64,000 nt of DNA, taken from assembly GCA_977017575.1 (NCBI GenBank), contig CDRNVI010000024.1, forward strand, positions 248,001 to 312,000. Reading direction: 5' to 3'. The notes beneath the pieces are model-generated. The model searched no databases. It was not told the DNA's origin and saw nothing but the letters and a program-made list of their open reading frames with translations. Made by a program: the position numbers and the translations under genes. Numbering within the stretch: position 1 is the first letter of the stretch; every line of letters starts with the position of its first letter. The stretch comes from Paramoeba atlantica. Lineage: Eukaryota; Protista; Discosea. This document shows, in pieces, positions 49,753 through 61,869 of this stretch.

Positions 49753-50508
49753 TCAAGGGTACAGAAGATCGTAATGTCCAGGACGATATAGTAAATTGAG
49801 GACCGTTGGCACGCCCTCAGGAACAACGTAGCTGTTAAGTGTGGGGGAATTGTCTGCATAAACAATACGGATGCCGACTCCGATGCTTTTGCAAAGAGCA
49901 AGTATTTGAACATGATCAAAATCGCGTCCCGGAATATTTACTTCATTCTGGCAAAATACGTCCATTGTAATTTCTTCCGGAAGGAACACTTCATAATTTT
50001 GAGTGTGGGTCAACAAATATTCTGATGTCAGATATCTGAAAAACTGTACTATGTAATTTCCTACAGAAGATCGAAAAAAGTGCTCAAGAGTGGATACGCT
50101 TTCTTCTTCACGTGCTATACGACTAAATAAATTATAAGTCGCTTCATAGAAGTCGAGAAAATATTCGCCATGCCTTGCAAGTATTGAATCTCGCACATTT
50201 TCAATATTCTGAACTACATGTAAGGCCAAACTCTTTGACTTGGGCGCATTCAGTATCTGATATTCTGCCAGGCCGAAAGCAAAACATCGGGGAAAGCAAT
50301 CTCCATCCCCACGAATCGGCCGCCATTTTGCATAGCTGTTTCTCAAACTCTTTACATTTTTGCTCACGAAATTTTCACTTGTGTATTCGATCTCTAGTGA
50401 TTCAAGCGATTGCAGATCGCCCACAGGTTCCCGTTTGCTAAATTCGTTATACAGAGCTTCATTTTCCGATAGTTGTGTCGTTTGTTCATCACTGTTTTCC
50501 TCCTTCAT
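49753..50508 (-). CDS. OTUB1: Otubain deubiquitinase (peptidase C65)
   Basis: WRPIRGDGDCF..AF and LLYRPGHYDLLY. First ATG at 50508. Confidence 0.9.
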   Translation of the reverse strand: MKEENSDEQTTQLSENEALYNEFSKREPVGDLQSLESLEIEYTSENFVSKNVKSLRNSYAKWRPIRGDGDCFPRCFAFGLAEYQILNAPKSKSLALHVVQNIENVRDSILARHGEYFLDFYEATYNLFSRIAREEESVSTLEHFFRSSVGNYIVQFFRYLTSEYLLTHTQNYEVFLPEEITMDVFCQNEVNIPGRDFDHVQILALCKSIGVGIRIVYADNSPTLNSYVVPEGVPTVLNLLYRPGHYDLLYP

Positions 50509-51021
50509 GCGATCACTGAAGGTATTTTTCAAAGAGAAAAGGTGTTTAAAAATGCTGTCTTTGATTTAGAGTCTCCGTAAATTTTTGTGCATTAAAACTA
50601 AAGGGGGGTTCATCTGTTATTAACAACCGTCTATTAATAACAATAGGTTATTGTTTACAATAACCTATCCAAAATCCGCATCTAAAATCCCATTGTAATG
50701 GGGGGCCCACCCCGCTCTCCCGTGGGACCCTGATCGAGCACATCGCGGCGGCCGCCAATATTCCCAAAATTTCTCAGCGGACGACGGGAGAGGGGGGGGC
50801 ATCGGAGGTGGGAGGGTGTCTTCCATCACACGAAACAAGCAATCCACCACGACAACCCAGGGCGCTCCAGTTGAGGAGCGAGGACAAGCCCCTTCCCCCG
50901 AAAACTTAGCAGAGCTCCTTGGGAGGGGGTCCTTACGTAAACTATATGGAGATATACACTCCAATACCCGGCTTGGAAGGAATACACTGCCAGTGTATGC
51001 CATGATTTTATAAACAAGTCA

Positions 51022-52372
51022 GTGGAGGGCAAGGTCGAGAAGGCCTGGAACCTCCACCTCGCCGTTAAACGTTTCCTTTTTCTCCCCGAGGACAAGCTGT
51101 CGCAACGCCAGCTAGCGCGCGAACTCAGAATGCGTGCCCATCTAGAGGGTTCGGAGGCCTTGGCTCCATCCCCGAGTCAGGCCAGCGGTCCCCCGTGGTC
51201 TGTCAAAAACTGGAGCCAATATACTCCCTTTCTCATTAATTTTTATAAATGGATTTCGAGTTATAAAAATTTAGTTTATGCGGGATCATTAAGTTTTATA
51301 AATCAGAAATTAATTGAACGCTATTTCTTAATCTTTTTCTAAACCAAAGAATTGTTTCTTTTATTCTACTTAAGATGTATTATTTTGTGAACGTGGATGG
51401 ACGCCCCTCGAAGAAATTTCAGAAAAGCGCAAATGGTTGATTTCTATGCTGGAGGCAGATGGTGAGAAAATACAAACTTTATTTAGTAATTTATGGGAAG
51501 ACTATCTCCGTTCAGCACGTGCTGTCATGTTTAGTGCAGGAGAAAGTATGATGGAGGGAATACATGGCCAATGCTTTATAGAACACTCAAAGGAAACTTT
51601 GAGAAAGTAGGAAACTTTGAGAAAGTATGATGGAGGGGATACATGGCCAATACTTTATAGAACACTCAAAGGAAACTTTGAGTTAAACTCCTTTATAGAA
51701 CACTCAAGGGGTTCAGTACCAGACAGAAAACCACTACGTTTCAACCAATGCTCTTTTGGAATATATTGATCGTGTTGTTCAGCCTTACTACATTAAAGTC
51801 ACTGAAGAGCTGAAAATTATCGGAAAACCCTTATTTCTTCTCTTAGATTGCTGCAGTGTACATGTTTCTCGCACGACCAACGAACAGATAATTTCTCAGT
51901 GTTGCTCAGGGGGGAAGTATTTTTGGTTGCGATTGGTTTATGTTCCAGCGGGGTGCACTTCGCTTTATCAACCTTGTGATGTTGGGTTTTTTAATCGACT
52001 GAAACCAAAGATCGCACGATGTCAATACTGCAGTATTGCAGACAGCAACGCCAAAAAGGAGAACGCATAGGCACTGCTAAGGCCTTGGGCGCTAAAATTG
52101 CGAAAGGGCAACTCTTAGAATGTGTCGAGAAGGCGTACAAGGATATGGATGATCCGCTTTTCAAAAATGCAACAATATCTGCATGGGCCAAATGCGGAAT
52201 CACGACCGAAACTCTTAAAGATTCAACTAATTCTTTCGAAGCCCAGACTCGTCGACGTGATTTATTCTCCTATGTGGCGGAAGATGCAGATGAGTCAGAG
52301 CATGAGGATGCTCTGACTATGCCTGAAGAACTTGACTCACAGCTTCAGATAGGTATTGATATTCGTTTATAG
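51022..52372 (+). pseudogene. Decayed pogo-like (DDE_1) transposase
   Basis: EADGEKIQTL, FLLLDCCSVH and VPAGCTSLYQPCDVGFFNRLK in fragmented frames, with an internal ~64-bp duplication at about 51540-51680. Confidence 0.7.
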
Positions 52373-52880
52373 TACATTACCTCTATGTGATTTCTTTTGC
52401 TTATTTGACTCTCAGCTTCAGATATTGATTCATGAAAAAATGCTCATGTAGGGGAAAAGACAATCTTTTTGGGGGGGATTTTCTTTCTGAGATGATGATA
52501 CTGATTTTTGTAAAACGCGATTCGCTGAAAAAAATCTGCATGGGGAAGCATGGCCGGGACCTACTCGCGGTCTTCCCTGGCACTACCATCTTACAGATCG
52601 TACTAGCGCCGACCTTTTGGAATAGCGGTCATTTATACGGGATCATTAATTTTTATAATTATAATTATAATTATAATTATAACTCACTTTTTGTTATAAT
52701 TTATAATTTATAAAAATTAAGAGAGGGAGAGTATTTTATTTGACAGGTAATCATTTTCCCGAAAATTGAATTTGTGCTGTGTTAATATTGTCAAAGGATT
52801 GTTATGTGTAACTGAGTTTTCATGAAGTTCCTTCATGTTCAAAGGTTCATGTGAGGGGCTGCGGATGACGTAAAGCGCTG

Positions 52881-52925
52881 TTTCGCGGTGTTTCGCGCTG
52901 TTTCACGCTGTTTCGCGGCGTTTCA
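52881..52925. repeat. 10-bp tandem repeat (GCGCTGTTTC-like) x4-5
   Basis: Direct inspection; probably a subterminal repeat of a DNA transposon. Confidence 0.7.
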
Positions 52926-54518
52926 ACACTAGGTAAGTCAAAAAGGAAATAAGTAGCTATTTTTTATTTGAAATAACCTATGAATGAAAGCAGAGTAGGC
53001 ACTCGAGGGGGGCAAAGTTTGGGAGTATACCGCGGTGATCTCCATGCATAAAAAAGATTAAAATATTAATGTACTATACAGTTCAAAACTGATCTTCAGC
53101 ACTCATTCGCAAATATTAAAAAAGTTGAACACATTTCAAATACTGTGACCCCCTTTAACGTAGAATAATGCGTCTTGTCTCTATGATAGGGGGGTTTGGG
53201 GGGAGTGTATATTAAAGGCGGGTTAAAGTACTGTACTTAGTGCTGATCTTCTCCACTTTACACTTTCGCACTTCGTATTCCTTTTTTCGCCCCATAGCGT
53301 TTTACTCGAGCTCGGGAAATCGAAAGACCCTGCCCGATAGGCCCTTTGCAGGGCTTTCCACTTGGTCACTTTCCACTTGGCTGCTTTCAGCGCTTGCTTC
53401 GAGGGAAGTGGAAGCTTTCATCCTTTTTTGGCGCCATGCTGCGCAAGCGCGAGACCGTTGTCCCGTGATCGAGCGCCACAAGCTCTCGACAAAGTCTCCC
53501 ACCTTGCCTTTTCGTCGCGGAGCATATAATGGTTGCTCCTCAAGGTAGCTTTACATGTCTTGGGCAACTTCACCCAGAAAGTACAGTTCACGTGGACGCA
53601 CATCGAGTAGGAGATGTCCTCGGTGCTGTAACAGGAAAAGAACTGTGCGACGAAGAATAGAGGAGCCAACAGGAACATTACCAATGCTCCTCTTTCCCAC
53701 AGAAAAACATTCCAGGGCCCTGTTTACCCGTTCCATGATGCTTGTCACCTTCTCACCAAGCTCTTCAGGAGAAATCTGGAGGATTAGCTTATCAAACACA
53801 GTTACGCGTTTCGTGAAAACCTTTTTCGTCGAGCTAACGACGAGCTCAATGATGATATCATTGAGCTCGTCGTTTGATTGATATCATCTTCTGCCACCTC
53901 GTCGTCTTCAAATTCACGAAGGATCGTTTTCTTTAAAGATTTGTTGTCCTCTGCGTCCATATCCTACAGAAGGAATATTGTACTAAAAAGAATGCTAAAA
54001 AATGTGAAAAATAAAAATATTCGTGTCGACATCTATTCGTATGGTGTAGTAAGCTGTAGTTATTTTATTCGTGCCGACATCTACTCGTATGGTGTAGTTA
54101 TCTTATTAAACTTAAATACGATCATATTTCTATTCAGACAACTCCTTCTTCTTCTTACCTTTACCTGGCTTCTTTGGGTTATACGGCACATGATGAATGT
54201 GCTCCTTAAGAAACTGGGTGGGAGTGTCTGGGAGCGCCTGAGAGCCGCACCTTATCCTTTTTGTACGCCACCAATGCCAAGCAGACCAATGTAGTACATC
54301 CTGGGCGGTCCATTGAGTATTCCAATCATTGAAATATAAGTTGAAACGTCATGAGTATGAGTGGAAACGTTTTAAAGAGTCACGAAAAGGTTTTTTTGAA
54401 CAGAAAAAAATGGATTTCAACCTACATTTATAGTGCCGGTTACCAGAAAGGAAGTTCATATAAAGAAGTCCGACTTGTACTCAATATCACCATAGTATGA
54501 TACACTGACCATCGTCTA

Positions 54519-56477
54519 TTAATATTTTGACGTGATAGATGGGCGGTACGCTTCTCGTCGCGACTGCATCAAGGCAACGTCGCCTCCTTCGGTGCCATTG
54601 GCAATGTGTTTAAAGCTCCGATTGAATGGTCCGTGACGCGCGCAGCCAAATTTCGCACTCCCTTTCTTGACTCCGGCAAGATGCCCACGTCGGGCCTCCC
54701 AGGCCCTATACGCCTCTCGGTCCTGTTTCTTTTCCGTCTGACGAGGAGGGACACCTTTGTGAAACTCTACCGTCCTTGGGTGAAACGGAGGAGCAAATGT
54801 TCCGCTCGTTTTGAGATACGTCTTCTCTAAATGGGGCGCTACGGCTCTCCGAAGAATAATTCGAACAAACTTACGCGTCATCTTATTTCGTCGTTTTTTG
54901 ATCCATTGCTTAACGGTGGGTTTGTAGTAACCCCACCAGTTGCTCACATTTGTAAGAGGCAAATTTCGAAAAAGGAGATTCTTTAGCGCGCCGACGATCG
55001 TTCTTTGCCGAGATGTAAATAGAGAAATAACCGCTGCAGGTCTTCCACATTGACCAGTGCGTCCGGCGCGTTGTAAATACAGTGCGCTATGATTAGGCAT
55101 CGTGTAGTTTATAACGACATTCACACCCCCGTCTAAGCCTCGAGACATAATGTCAGACGTACAAAGAATATTTACATCCCCTTTTAGCCATTTTTCATAC
55201 GTTTCGGCACGTTCTTTTAGTGGTAAACGTGCATGAAATTGTGCCACAGGATAGCCTCGGCCTTGTAACCTATAAAAGATACCGATCGTAGTTTTGATGT
55301 CGCTGCTAAAAATCAGGATTCTCTTTTTATTCGTGTCCTGGACACTTGTTTTGGAGCCAGTACCCGTGCTACTTGTTCGAGACGTGCTCCCAATAGGGGC
55401 TAATGATTTCTGTTCGCTGGATTGGGGAACGCTTGAGAGCTGACTTATGGGTGCATTACGTTGCTGTGGTCTGTAACCACACCGACGTAATATATACGCC
55501 AGCCAATCCAGTTTGTAATTTTCGCGTCTCATTTCGATAAATCGGTGACGCGTGTTGGCTGCTGGGCGATGAAGGTCCGATGAGACAAGACGTGGCATTT
55601 TGGGAAACGATTTGTCGAGAAATCGAGTCAGGGATTCTGTGACGACTGAGCTTACCAACACGATCTGTGTGTTTACTTCCCAGAGCCATTGATAGATGTT
55701 TCTATCCCGAATTCGATTAAGAATCCGTTGTGCGGTGTAGTCATGGGCATAAGATATAAGGGTATCTGCCTCGTCCACAACGACATGGCGAATGTCATCG
55801 AGAAACAGCCTACGATTCTCTATCCGGGTACTCAATATTGCAGGAGTGGTAATAAGTACATCCATAAGCCGATGTGAGGACTGACGTAGGCGATTCCAGT
55901 GATGGCCAGAGCGTTTCATTCCCATAAACGTTACGGATTTAAGCCCAGTTGCGTTGTCAAATTCTTTACACCACCGAGAAATCTGTCTGCATAATTCTTG
56001 TGTGGGAACCAAGATAATTGCTCTTGGACGACACTCTCGTGTGGGAACTTTGTATATGTCCCGATCCTTCTGCATGCAAAGGTACATAGGAAGAAGATAG
56101 GACATCGTCTTACCAGTTCCGGAGGCGGCCGCTACGAGTACGCTAGTTCTCTGAAGTAAAGTAGGAAGGGTAAGCTTTTGTATTTGAGATGGGGTGGTAA
56201 TCCCGAATTCTTTCTCAAGCATTACACGAATTGCTTTAGGAACGTGATACTGCTCAAACGTTTCGTAAATAGGGGCCGGATGTGTGATCTCTCGCTTCGC
56301 CTCATTTCGATTTTGTGTGCTTCTGAGTACTTCCCATGGTAGCATGTGTCCTCCGCGAGTGGCATCGTTCGATGAAAAAACATCCCCATAAACCTTTCTC
56401 GCGGCGCGGACGGCTATGGTTCGAGTCTTATGTAGCCATACACGGTTACTCGGGGATAATGTATTTGGAAAAACCAT
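54519..56477 (-). CDS. DEAD-box RNA helicase, probably mitochondrial
   Basis: PSQIQ, AASGTGKT, VPTQEL, VVDEAD, SRGLD, QRAGRTG, with Arg/Lys-rich N- and C-terminal extensions. Confidence 0.88.
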   Translation of the reverse strand: MVFPNTLSPSNRVWLHKTRTIAVRAARKVYGDVFSSNDATRGGHMLPWEVLRSTQNRNEAKREITHPAPIYETFEQYHVPKAIRVMLEKEFGITTPSQIQKLTLPTLLQRTSVLVAAASGTGKTMSYLLPMYLCMQKDRDIYKVPTRECRPRAIILVPTQELCRQISRWCKEFDNATGLKSVTFMGMKRSGHHWNRLRQSSHRLMDVLITTPAILSTRIENRRLFLDDIRHVVVDEADTLISYAHDYTAQRILNRIRDRNIYQWLWEVNTQIVLVSSVVTESLTRFLDKSFPKMPRLVSSDLHRPAANTRHRFIEMRRENYKLDWLAYILRRCGYRPQQRNAPISQLSSVPQSSEQKSLAPIGSTSRTSSTGTGSKTSVQDTNKKRILIFSSDIKTTIGIFYRLQGRGYPVAQFHARLPLKERAETYEKWLKGDVNILCTSDIMSRGLDGGVNVVINYTMPNHSALYLQRAGRTGQCGRPAAVISLFTSRQRTIVGALKNLLFRNLPLTNVSNWWGYYKPTVKQWIKKRRNKMTRKFVRIILRRAVAPHLEKTYLKTSGTFAPPFHPRTVEFHKGVPPRQTEKKQDREAYRAWEARRGHLAGVKKGSAKFGCARHGPFNRSFKHIANGTEGGDVALMQSRREAYRPSITSKY

Positions 56478-56945
56478 TGCAAAAAGGAGAAAATAGTAGA
56501 GGTACGACGAAAGTAAGAGGGTTATTTTCTTTTTTGAGCGTAGATTCTTTTTTTACACTTCTTTTACTCTCAAAGGAAACTTCAATATGATGAGTGTCAG
56601 CTATAAAGCAATTTTAATCTGTATATCAACATTTCCTGCATCCTTGACGAAAGTGTAAGTATTGAAGTGTAAGTATTAAAGGAGACAAGCGTTCTCAAAC
56701 ATTCATGAAATTGGAGGATCTGTCTCGGGAAAACGGTCCGCTCCGCCTTTCTGCTTCCATCGCAAGCGGAACGTTCAAGACATAGCCGAAATGGTACGGT
56801 ACAAAACTTACCTCAATCGAACAGAATAGTAATATGACTTGATAAGGGTAAATGCAGCTGTTTACAACTGTAAGCTTTAATCTTGGAATTAAGGGATGGC
56901 GTAACTTCGCTGCAATCAGTGACGTAATACCACCGACACGACTCT

Positions 56946-57971
56946 CTAAAACGGACGCCCCAGAGAGGACGGGACATAGTTATGTGTGCGAAATCTGTGC
57001 TTTTGTACGCTATCCATCTCGTCATACGTCTTCTCCCGAATCTCTCCTTGCAAACGAAAACTACGATTCATGGCCCTGCGCTGGATACGGTCATCCACGC
57101 CTGAAACCGCCGACGCACTGTTCGGCTCATTGTCGTCCTCCACATGACTCTCCAGCGTAAGCGCCTGCACGTCCTCAACCGTGTGCTGTAGCAGTACACT
57201 ATGGGGGTTGCTCAAATCCACCGCCTGGTCCAGTTCAAGTTGTTCTGTCAGGAACGGCAACTCAGGTATTCCTTGAAGCTTTCCCACATTCGGGTGAAAT
57301 GGCACACATTGGACGGCTTGGCGATACACCCAGTTCCCCTCCCCTCGGGTAACGTATTCTGTGGGAAACGCCAGTGCGCAGAGGCTAGACTCGTTGCAGT
57401 CAAAACCCTCAAGAGTGGGAGAATCAAGCAATCGTTGGCCTGTGTCCGAAATCTGCAGGTCAAGCTTGCCGACTCCATTCTGTCCGTCGCACTTTGCTAC
57501 GTAGTGGTCATATTTTTCCTCTTTTTCGTTGAATTTGGCGTCGATTCCCACGGCTGCGTCAAACAGCGGCAACCCATAGACGACTCGGGGAATTCGACAA
57601 TGGTACCAACTCTTCAGGAAAGTACCAAACTGCCATGAGCTTCGACACCAAAACACCCTGTCCTGGACGAGACAACGGTAGTTGATGCAATTGTAGCTCG
57701 GGGGATCAATGAGTTTTTGAAGCCGCGTGCGGTGTAGCGGTTCACAAACGGACAGGACGACACTCACGAAACCGAGCTGCTCGCCCGTTTCTCGTGTGAA
57801 GACATCACAACAGTAACGCTGGTGAAAGAATTTTTCCAAATATTTTGGAGGCACTGCATAGGTCACAATGGCATGGTGTTTGGAGTGAAATCGGGATTGA
57901 ATAAATTCCGTGCCTCGCTCCAGTGGGGGCAGTGCGGCGTAGTCCAGGGCGCATCGTATGACGGATTTCAT
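56946..57971 (-). CDS. Conserved-looking hypothetical protein, possibly DUF2071-like
   Basis: First ATG at 57971. VTYAVPP..GFVSVV..INYR; family resemblance tentative. Confidence 0.55.
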   Translation of the reverse strand: MKSVIRCALDYAALPPLERGTEFIQSRFHSKHHAIVTYAVPPKYLEKFFHQRYCCDVFTRETGEQLGFVSVVLSVCEPLHRTRLQKLIDPPSYNCINYRCLVQDRVFWCRSSWQFGTFLKSWYHCRIPRVVYGLPLFDAAVGIDAKFNEKEEKYDHYVAKCDGQNGVGKLDLQISDTGQRLLDSPTLEGFDCNESSLCALAFPTEYVTRGEGNWVYRQAVQCVPFHPNVGKLQGIPELPFLTEQLELDQAVDLSNPHSVLLQHTVEDVQALTLESHVEDDNEPNSASAVSGVDDRIQRRAMNRSFRLQGEIREKTYDEMDSVQKHRFRTHNYVPSSLGRPF

Positions 57972-58265
57972 TAAATGACAAGGAGCGCTGTCATCAAATA
58001 TCAAGAAAAATCTTTCTACAATTTTTTTAGGACTTCGAATAAATGTATTTCTCCGAAAAACAAATTAGGCGATTGGTTTACAGGCTAGAAGTGAAAAAGA
58101 AACTCTTGATTTGAAATGACGGCTGATGAATGACAACATTTTATTTCACATGAGGAAAAAAGAGAAGTGAAACTGGCTTCGTCCTGCCGTTCCTGAAGCT
58201 CGTATTTGTATAAACAAAAACGGTATTTGAAATACCGCAGAATATGACGAATAGTCTTCTGTGCG

Positions 58266-59084
58266 TCAGGAGTTCTCTAAATATGAGTAAAGTGAAAGGA
58301 AAGAACGCGTTGTCAGGTGTGTCATAATCGTCTTTTTTATCCCATCCGGGAGCCACCAAGGGGGTTCGACATCCGCGCACGAAGTCATCGTAAGTTCTGT
58401 TCCAAGAATGTCATCTCGCTTACTACCGCATATTCGATATTCTTGGTAAAATATTTGAGCCATAATGTCGTGCGACTCGTGGATATTCCATTCCAAATCC
58501 GGAGTACGATTCTTAAATTGAACACAATAGCCAGAAAGGCCATTTGATGCATGCTCAGCGCAAGTGGGTTTCGTTTTGGGATTACTCTCTGCCTCCGAAA
58601 GAATTTTCTTCGCATCGGGGAATTCATTCGACAAACATGAAATAAACCGTTCGTAGCAGAATATTCGAGAATGAAATCCAATGGATCCGACATGAGGTAA
58701 CCCCACACGATGGCAAAAAATGGGAGTTCGATCGCGTGGTGATATAAAAGACTTTGTGTCGTACATGCCCATTGACTGCTCTAACGTTTCAGAATCGGAA
58801 TTTGTCCATTTCACGTCGTCACAGCCCACTCGGCGAAACATGCGATAATTAATGTCCCAGGCCAATCGAGAAGATATATCGCACATAGCTTTCAGAACAT
58901 GTTCCGGAGAAGTGTCGGGGAAGAAACACACGCAGCGAACGAATGGATAGGACAAGCGTTCTCCGGGTGGTGTCCACTTCTCTTTACTTCGGTAAACGCG
59001 TAAGTAACTATCACGTATGTGATTGGGAAGCGATACATTGCGCAACACTTCCCAATAATGGTCAGCAAAGTTCGGTTGAATCAT
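58266..59084 (-). CDS. START/SRPBCC-domain protein
   Basis: SPEHVLKAMCDISSRLAWDINY and the R.F..ER pattern. First ATG at 59084. Confidence 0.55.
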   Translation of the reverse strand: MIQPNFADHYWEVLRNVSLPNHIRDSYLRVYRSKEKWTPPGERLSYPFVRCVCFFPDTSPEHVLKAMCDISSRLAWDINYRMFRRVGCDDVKWTNSDSETLEQSMGMYDTKSFISPRDRTPIFCHRVGLPHVGSIGFHSRIFCYERFISCLSNEFPDAKKILSEAESNPKTKPTCAEHASNGLSGYCVQFKNRTPDLEWNIHESHDIMAQIFYQEYRICGSKRDDILGTELTMTSCADVEPPWWLPDGIKKTIMTHLTTRSFLSLYSYLENS

Positions 59085-59591
59085 AAATTGTGCCAAACGA
59101 TCTTCAGAAATTTCAGAGGCAGGATTTTATGTCTTGGGCGGACTGATTTATCGATCGCAGTGTATGATACTTCTAAAAGGAATTACATGACACGGATACA
59201 CGCTTGACCCTAGGTCGAGATAGCACTTCATAAACGAACAATGTTTGATTCAGTGGTCTAAAACGTCTCCCGAACATTGCTATCACACAATAAGAATGTC
59301 TCCGAAAACTAAGTTGATTAGAGAAGATGATATTACAGGCAAAGTATAGTATACAAGTTCAATTTTTAGCTGATTTTTCGTAGTTTTAGCACAATATCGC
59401 CCACGAAACCTATACGAACATTTTATGTTCGCTCTCATGTCTCTAATAATATTTAATTGGCACTCTTTTTTGAAACCCCCAGGACTTCGGTAATGCGAAT
59501 TAACCAGATTTTGACACATCCACAATTATTGGCATATTGTCAATATGTTTATCATATATCGATGCCCTCATCGGAAAAAATAACTAGTTTT

Positions 59592-60731
59592 CTACTCCAC
59601 TTTTGCTTTGTAAAGCGGCAAAGTCACGAATAGTGTTGGATCATTTTCGCGAGGAACCCTTATAGGCGATAAGCGTAGTGCACCATCTGTAGACTCCTTT
59701 CTAAGAAACTCGGATGTGTCTAAGGAAGAATCCCTCCACCGCTCCAACACTGGAATGAGCATTCGCAGTGTTTGATCGTAATTCACATGAACATTGCTAA
59801 CAGCTTCGAAATTGGGTATATTTCTATCAATGCTTGCCCCATTTTTCGGCTTTCGAAGAGTTGAAAGCCAACCTTGCGCTGTTAGGCTTAGGCGGGAGTT
59901 TGGAACGTGATTATCCATCACAATAGGATACCGGTAATCTGGGACCAAAATGCAATGAGTGTGAGGCTCCACTACGGGGGCATTCTCAATCATCATTGTA
60001 TCTTCTAGCAAGCGCCCAAGCTGGGCTAAGTCTTTGCGATACCACCTTTTAGGGCTGATTTGAAACCATGCAGAATCGCGAGCAATAATGTGATCGAACA
60101 CAGCTTCAGGCAGTTTCGTTGCGCGAAGAATATTTCTTACGCACTCATTTGCATAACCGGGCGTTCCAGCTGTCCAAAGAACAACTTCAAAATTCTCTGA
60201 CACATACTGGAGAAATTGAGCAAGGTAAGGGCGATGAATATGAATGTACGACCTGTCTCTAAATTTGTGAAAACTGATGTCGTCGGGGGACACGTTCGCA
60301 TCGGAAGCATTTCCCACAAGCATTTCATCCATGTCTAAGACTAAGGTACGCCGAAATTGTGTATCTTTCTTTTTCGGAGGTATTAAAATTCTTTTCCCTG
60401 AGTCTGTGTATTGGGGGAAATATTTAGTGTAAGCATGCTCCCAGGCAGCACCCCCGTACGACCTTTGTTGCCACAAGCTTAGTGAGATGGTTGTAATTCC
60501 TATTCCGGTCACGACCCTGTGCAGACTTAAGGATCCGCGTGAAATGGATCGCATGGAGTTGTTTGTAATGTTTAGAAGGTTTTCAGCTTTTGACCAACCT
60601 TGGTGAAAATATGTAGACATGAAGTCTGTATTTCTACGTCGCCAAAGATGGGTGATATCAAGTTTTAGATCTCGTGCCTTAGAACTAAGAAGCTCAAGAA
60701 TGCGCAAACGGGATGCTCTTGAGCTTGTCAT
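59592..60731 (-). CDS. NIF/FCP1-family HAD domain protein (TIM50-like)
   Basis: TLVLDMDEMLV, RPYLAQFL..FEVVLWTAG..YA, KDLAQLGR. Basic presequence-like N-terminus plus a hydrophobic segment. Confidence 0.75.
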   Translation of the reverse strand: MTSSRASRLRILELLSSKARDLKLDITHLWRRRNTDFMSTYFHQGWSKAENLLNITNNSMRSISRGSLSLHRVVTGIGITTISLSLWQQRSYGGAAWEHAYTKYFPQYTDSGKRILIPPKKKDTQFRRTLVLDMDEMLVGNASDANVSPDDISFHKFRDRSYIHIHRPYLAQFLQYVSENFEVVLWTAGTPGYANECVRNILRATKLPEAVFDHIIARDSAWFQISPKRWYRKDLAQLGRLLEDTMMIENAPVVEPHTHCILVPDYRYPIVMDNHVPNSRLSLTAQGWLSTLRKPKNGASIDRNIPNFEAVSNVHVNYDQTLRMLIPVLERWRDSSLDTSEFLRKESTDGALRLSPIRVPRENDPTLFVTLPLYKAKVE

Positions 60732-60908
60732 TCTACGAAATATTTAAGCAGAGACAAAAGCTTAAAAAACAACATATACCTCGAAAAAGAATTACGTGAA
60801 ACTGAGCAGTACGTTATATCGTAAGAGTATACAGTAGTTCTTTTTCGTACCTTCATTGAATACACGATAGCGCACATTTGTGAAAGAAATTTCAAGAAGT
60901 TGTCATTT

Positions 60909-61559
60909 TTACTTCCTGAAGTAGTCGCTCGCGTACCGACAGCAGACAATAGCCACCATACTTAACAACACGAATTCTTCTCGCGAGAATCTTCTCCGAT
61001 GGTGAACAGCACGTTTAATGCATGCTGGTTCCGCCGACTCTTGCAGGGAGAGACTAATGGAATGTGTCTCAGGAGAATGGGCCGCGTATTTGATTCCTCC
61101 AAGTTCTAGTAACCTGCGAGAGGCCACCCAGGAGGGCTCGTTGTGGTTCTTATCACTCAAGTATATCACCTCACAAATTCCACTTTGTATAATCAGCTTA
61201 GCACACTCGTTGCAGGGAAACAGAGTACAGTAAATAACACAGCCGCGCAACTCCATGTTGGAGTTCATAATCGCGTTCAGCTCTGCATGACATACATAAG
61301 GATATTTCGTCTCAAGCATGGAATGTGTGACGGTCATCGGGGCGGATTCCTTGCGAGTTGGATCCTCCCGTCCCTTCCAGGGCAACACATCATCCGAGCA
61401 ACCCGTGGGAAATCCGTTGTACCCGATCCCAACGATACGTTGAGAGGCGTTGACGATACATGCCCCAACTTGACGGTTGGGATCTTTGGAGCGTTGCGCA
61501 GACAACAGTGCCACACTCATAAAGTAGTCATCAAAGGAGAGAAACTCTTTCCTTTTCAT
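60909..61559 (-). CDS. DCTD: dCMP deaminase
   Basis: YFMSVALLSAQRSKDPNRQVGACIV, GYNGFP, VCHAELNAI, FPCNECAKLIIQSGI. Confidence 0.92.
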   Translation of the reverse strand: MKRKEFLSFDDYFMSVALLSAQRSKDPNRQVGACIVNASQRIVGIGYNGFPTGCSDDVLPWKGREDPTRKESAPMTVTHSMLETKYPYVCHAELNAIMNSNMELRGCVIYCTLFPCNECAKLIIQSGICEVIYLSDKNHNEPSWVASRRLLELGGIKYAAHSPETHSISLSLQESAEPACIKRAVHHRRRFSREEFVLLSMVAIVCCRYASDYFRK

Positions 61560-61869
61560 GGAAATTTTATAAAATCGCGTGTTAGATAAACTAAAATTCA
61601 AGAACAATGATTGAAAGTTACTTCATTGCACCACAATCTTTCGTTAATTCCAATTTTGTATGGATTTACTGAATGGATGACACAAATACATGTAGCCGAT
61701 GACATACATGTAACGGTGGCTATACACACTTTCTAACCCGTCATGTACTGAGGTTCATGAGGTCGCAATATCACCCTCCATGTAGGTTTCGTCGTTGTAT
61801 ACACAGATATTAGCAGAAACGCCTTAATATACAGATACTAAAATAAAAACTCACTTGTTTTTTCAGTTT

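Noticed and set aside
54130-54420. Trp-rich and Lys-rich short minus-strand frames
   Set aside because: Interrupted by stops and no recognisable family; possibly pseudogene debris.
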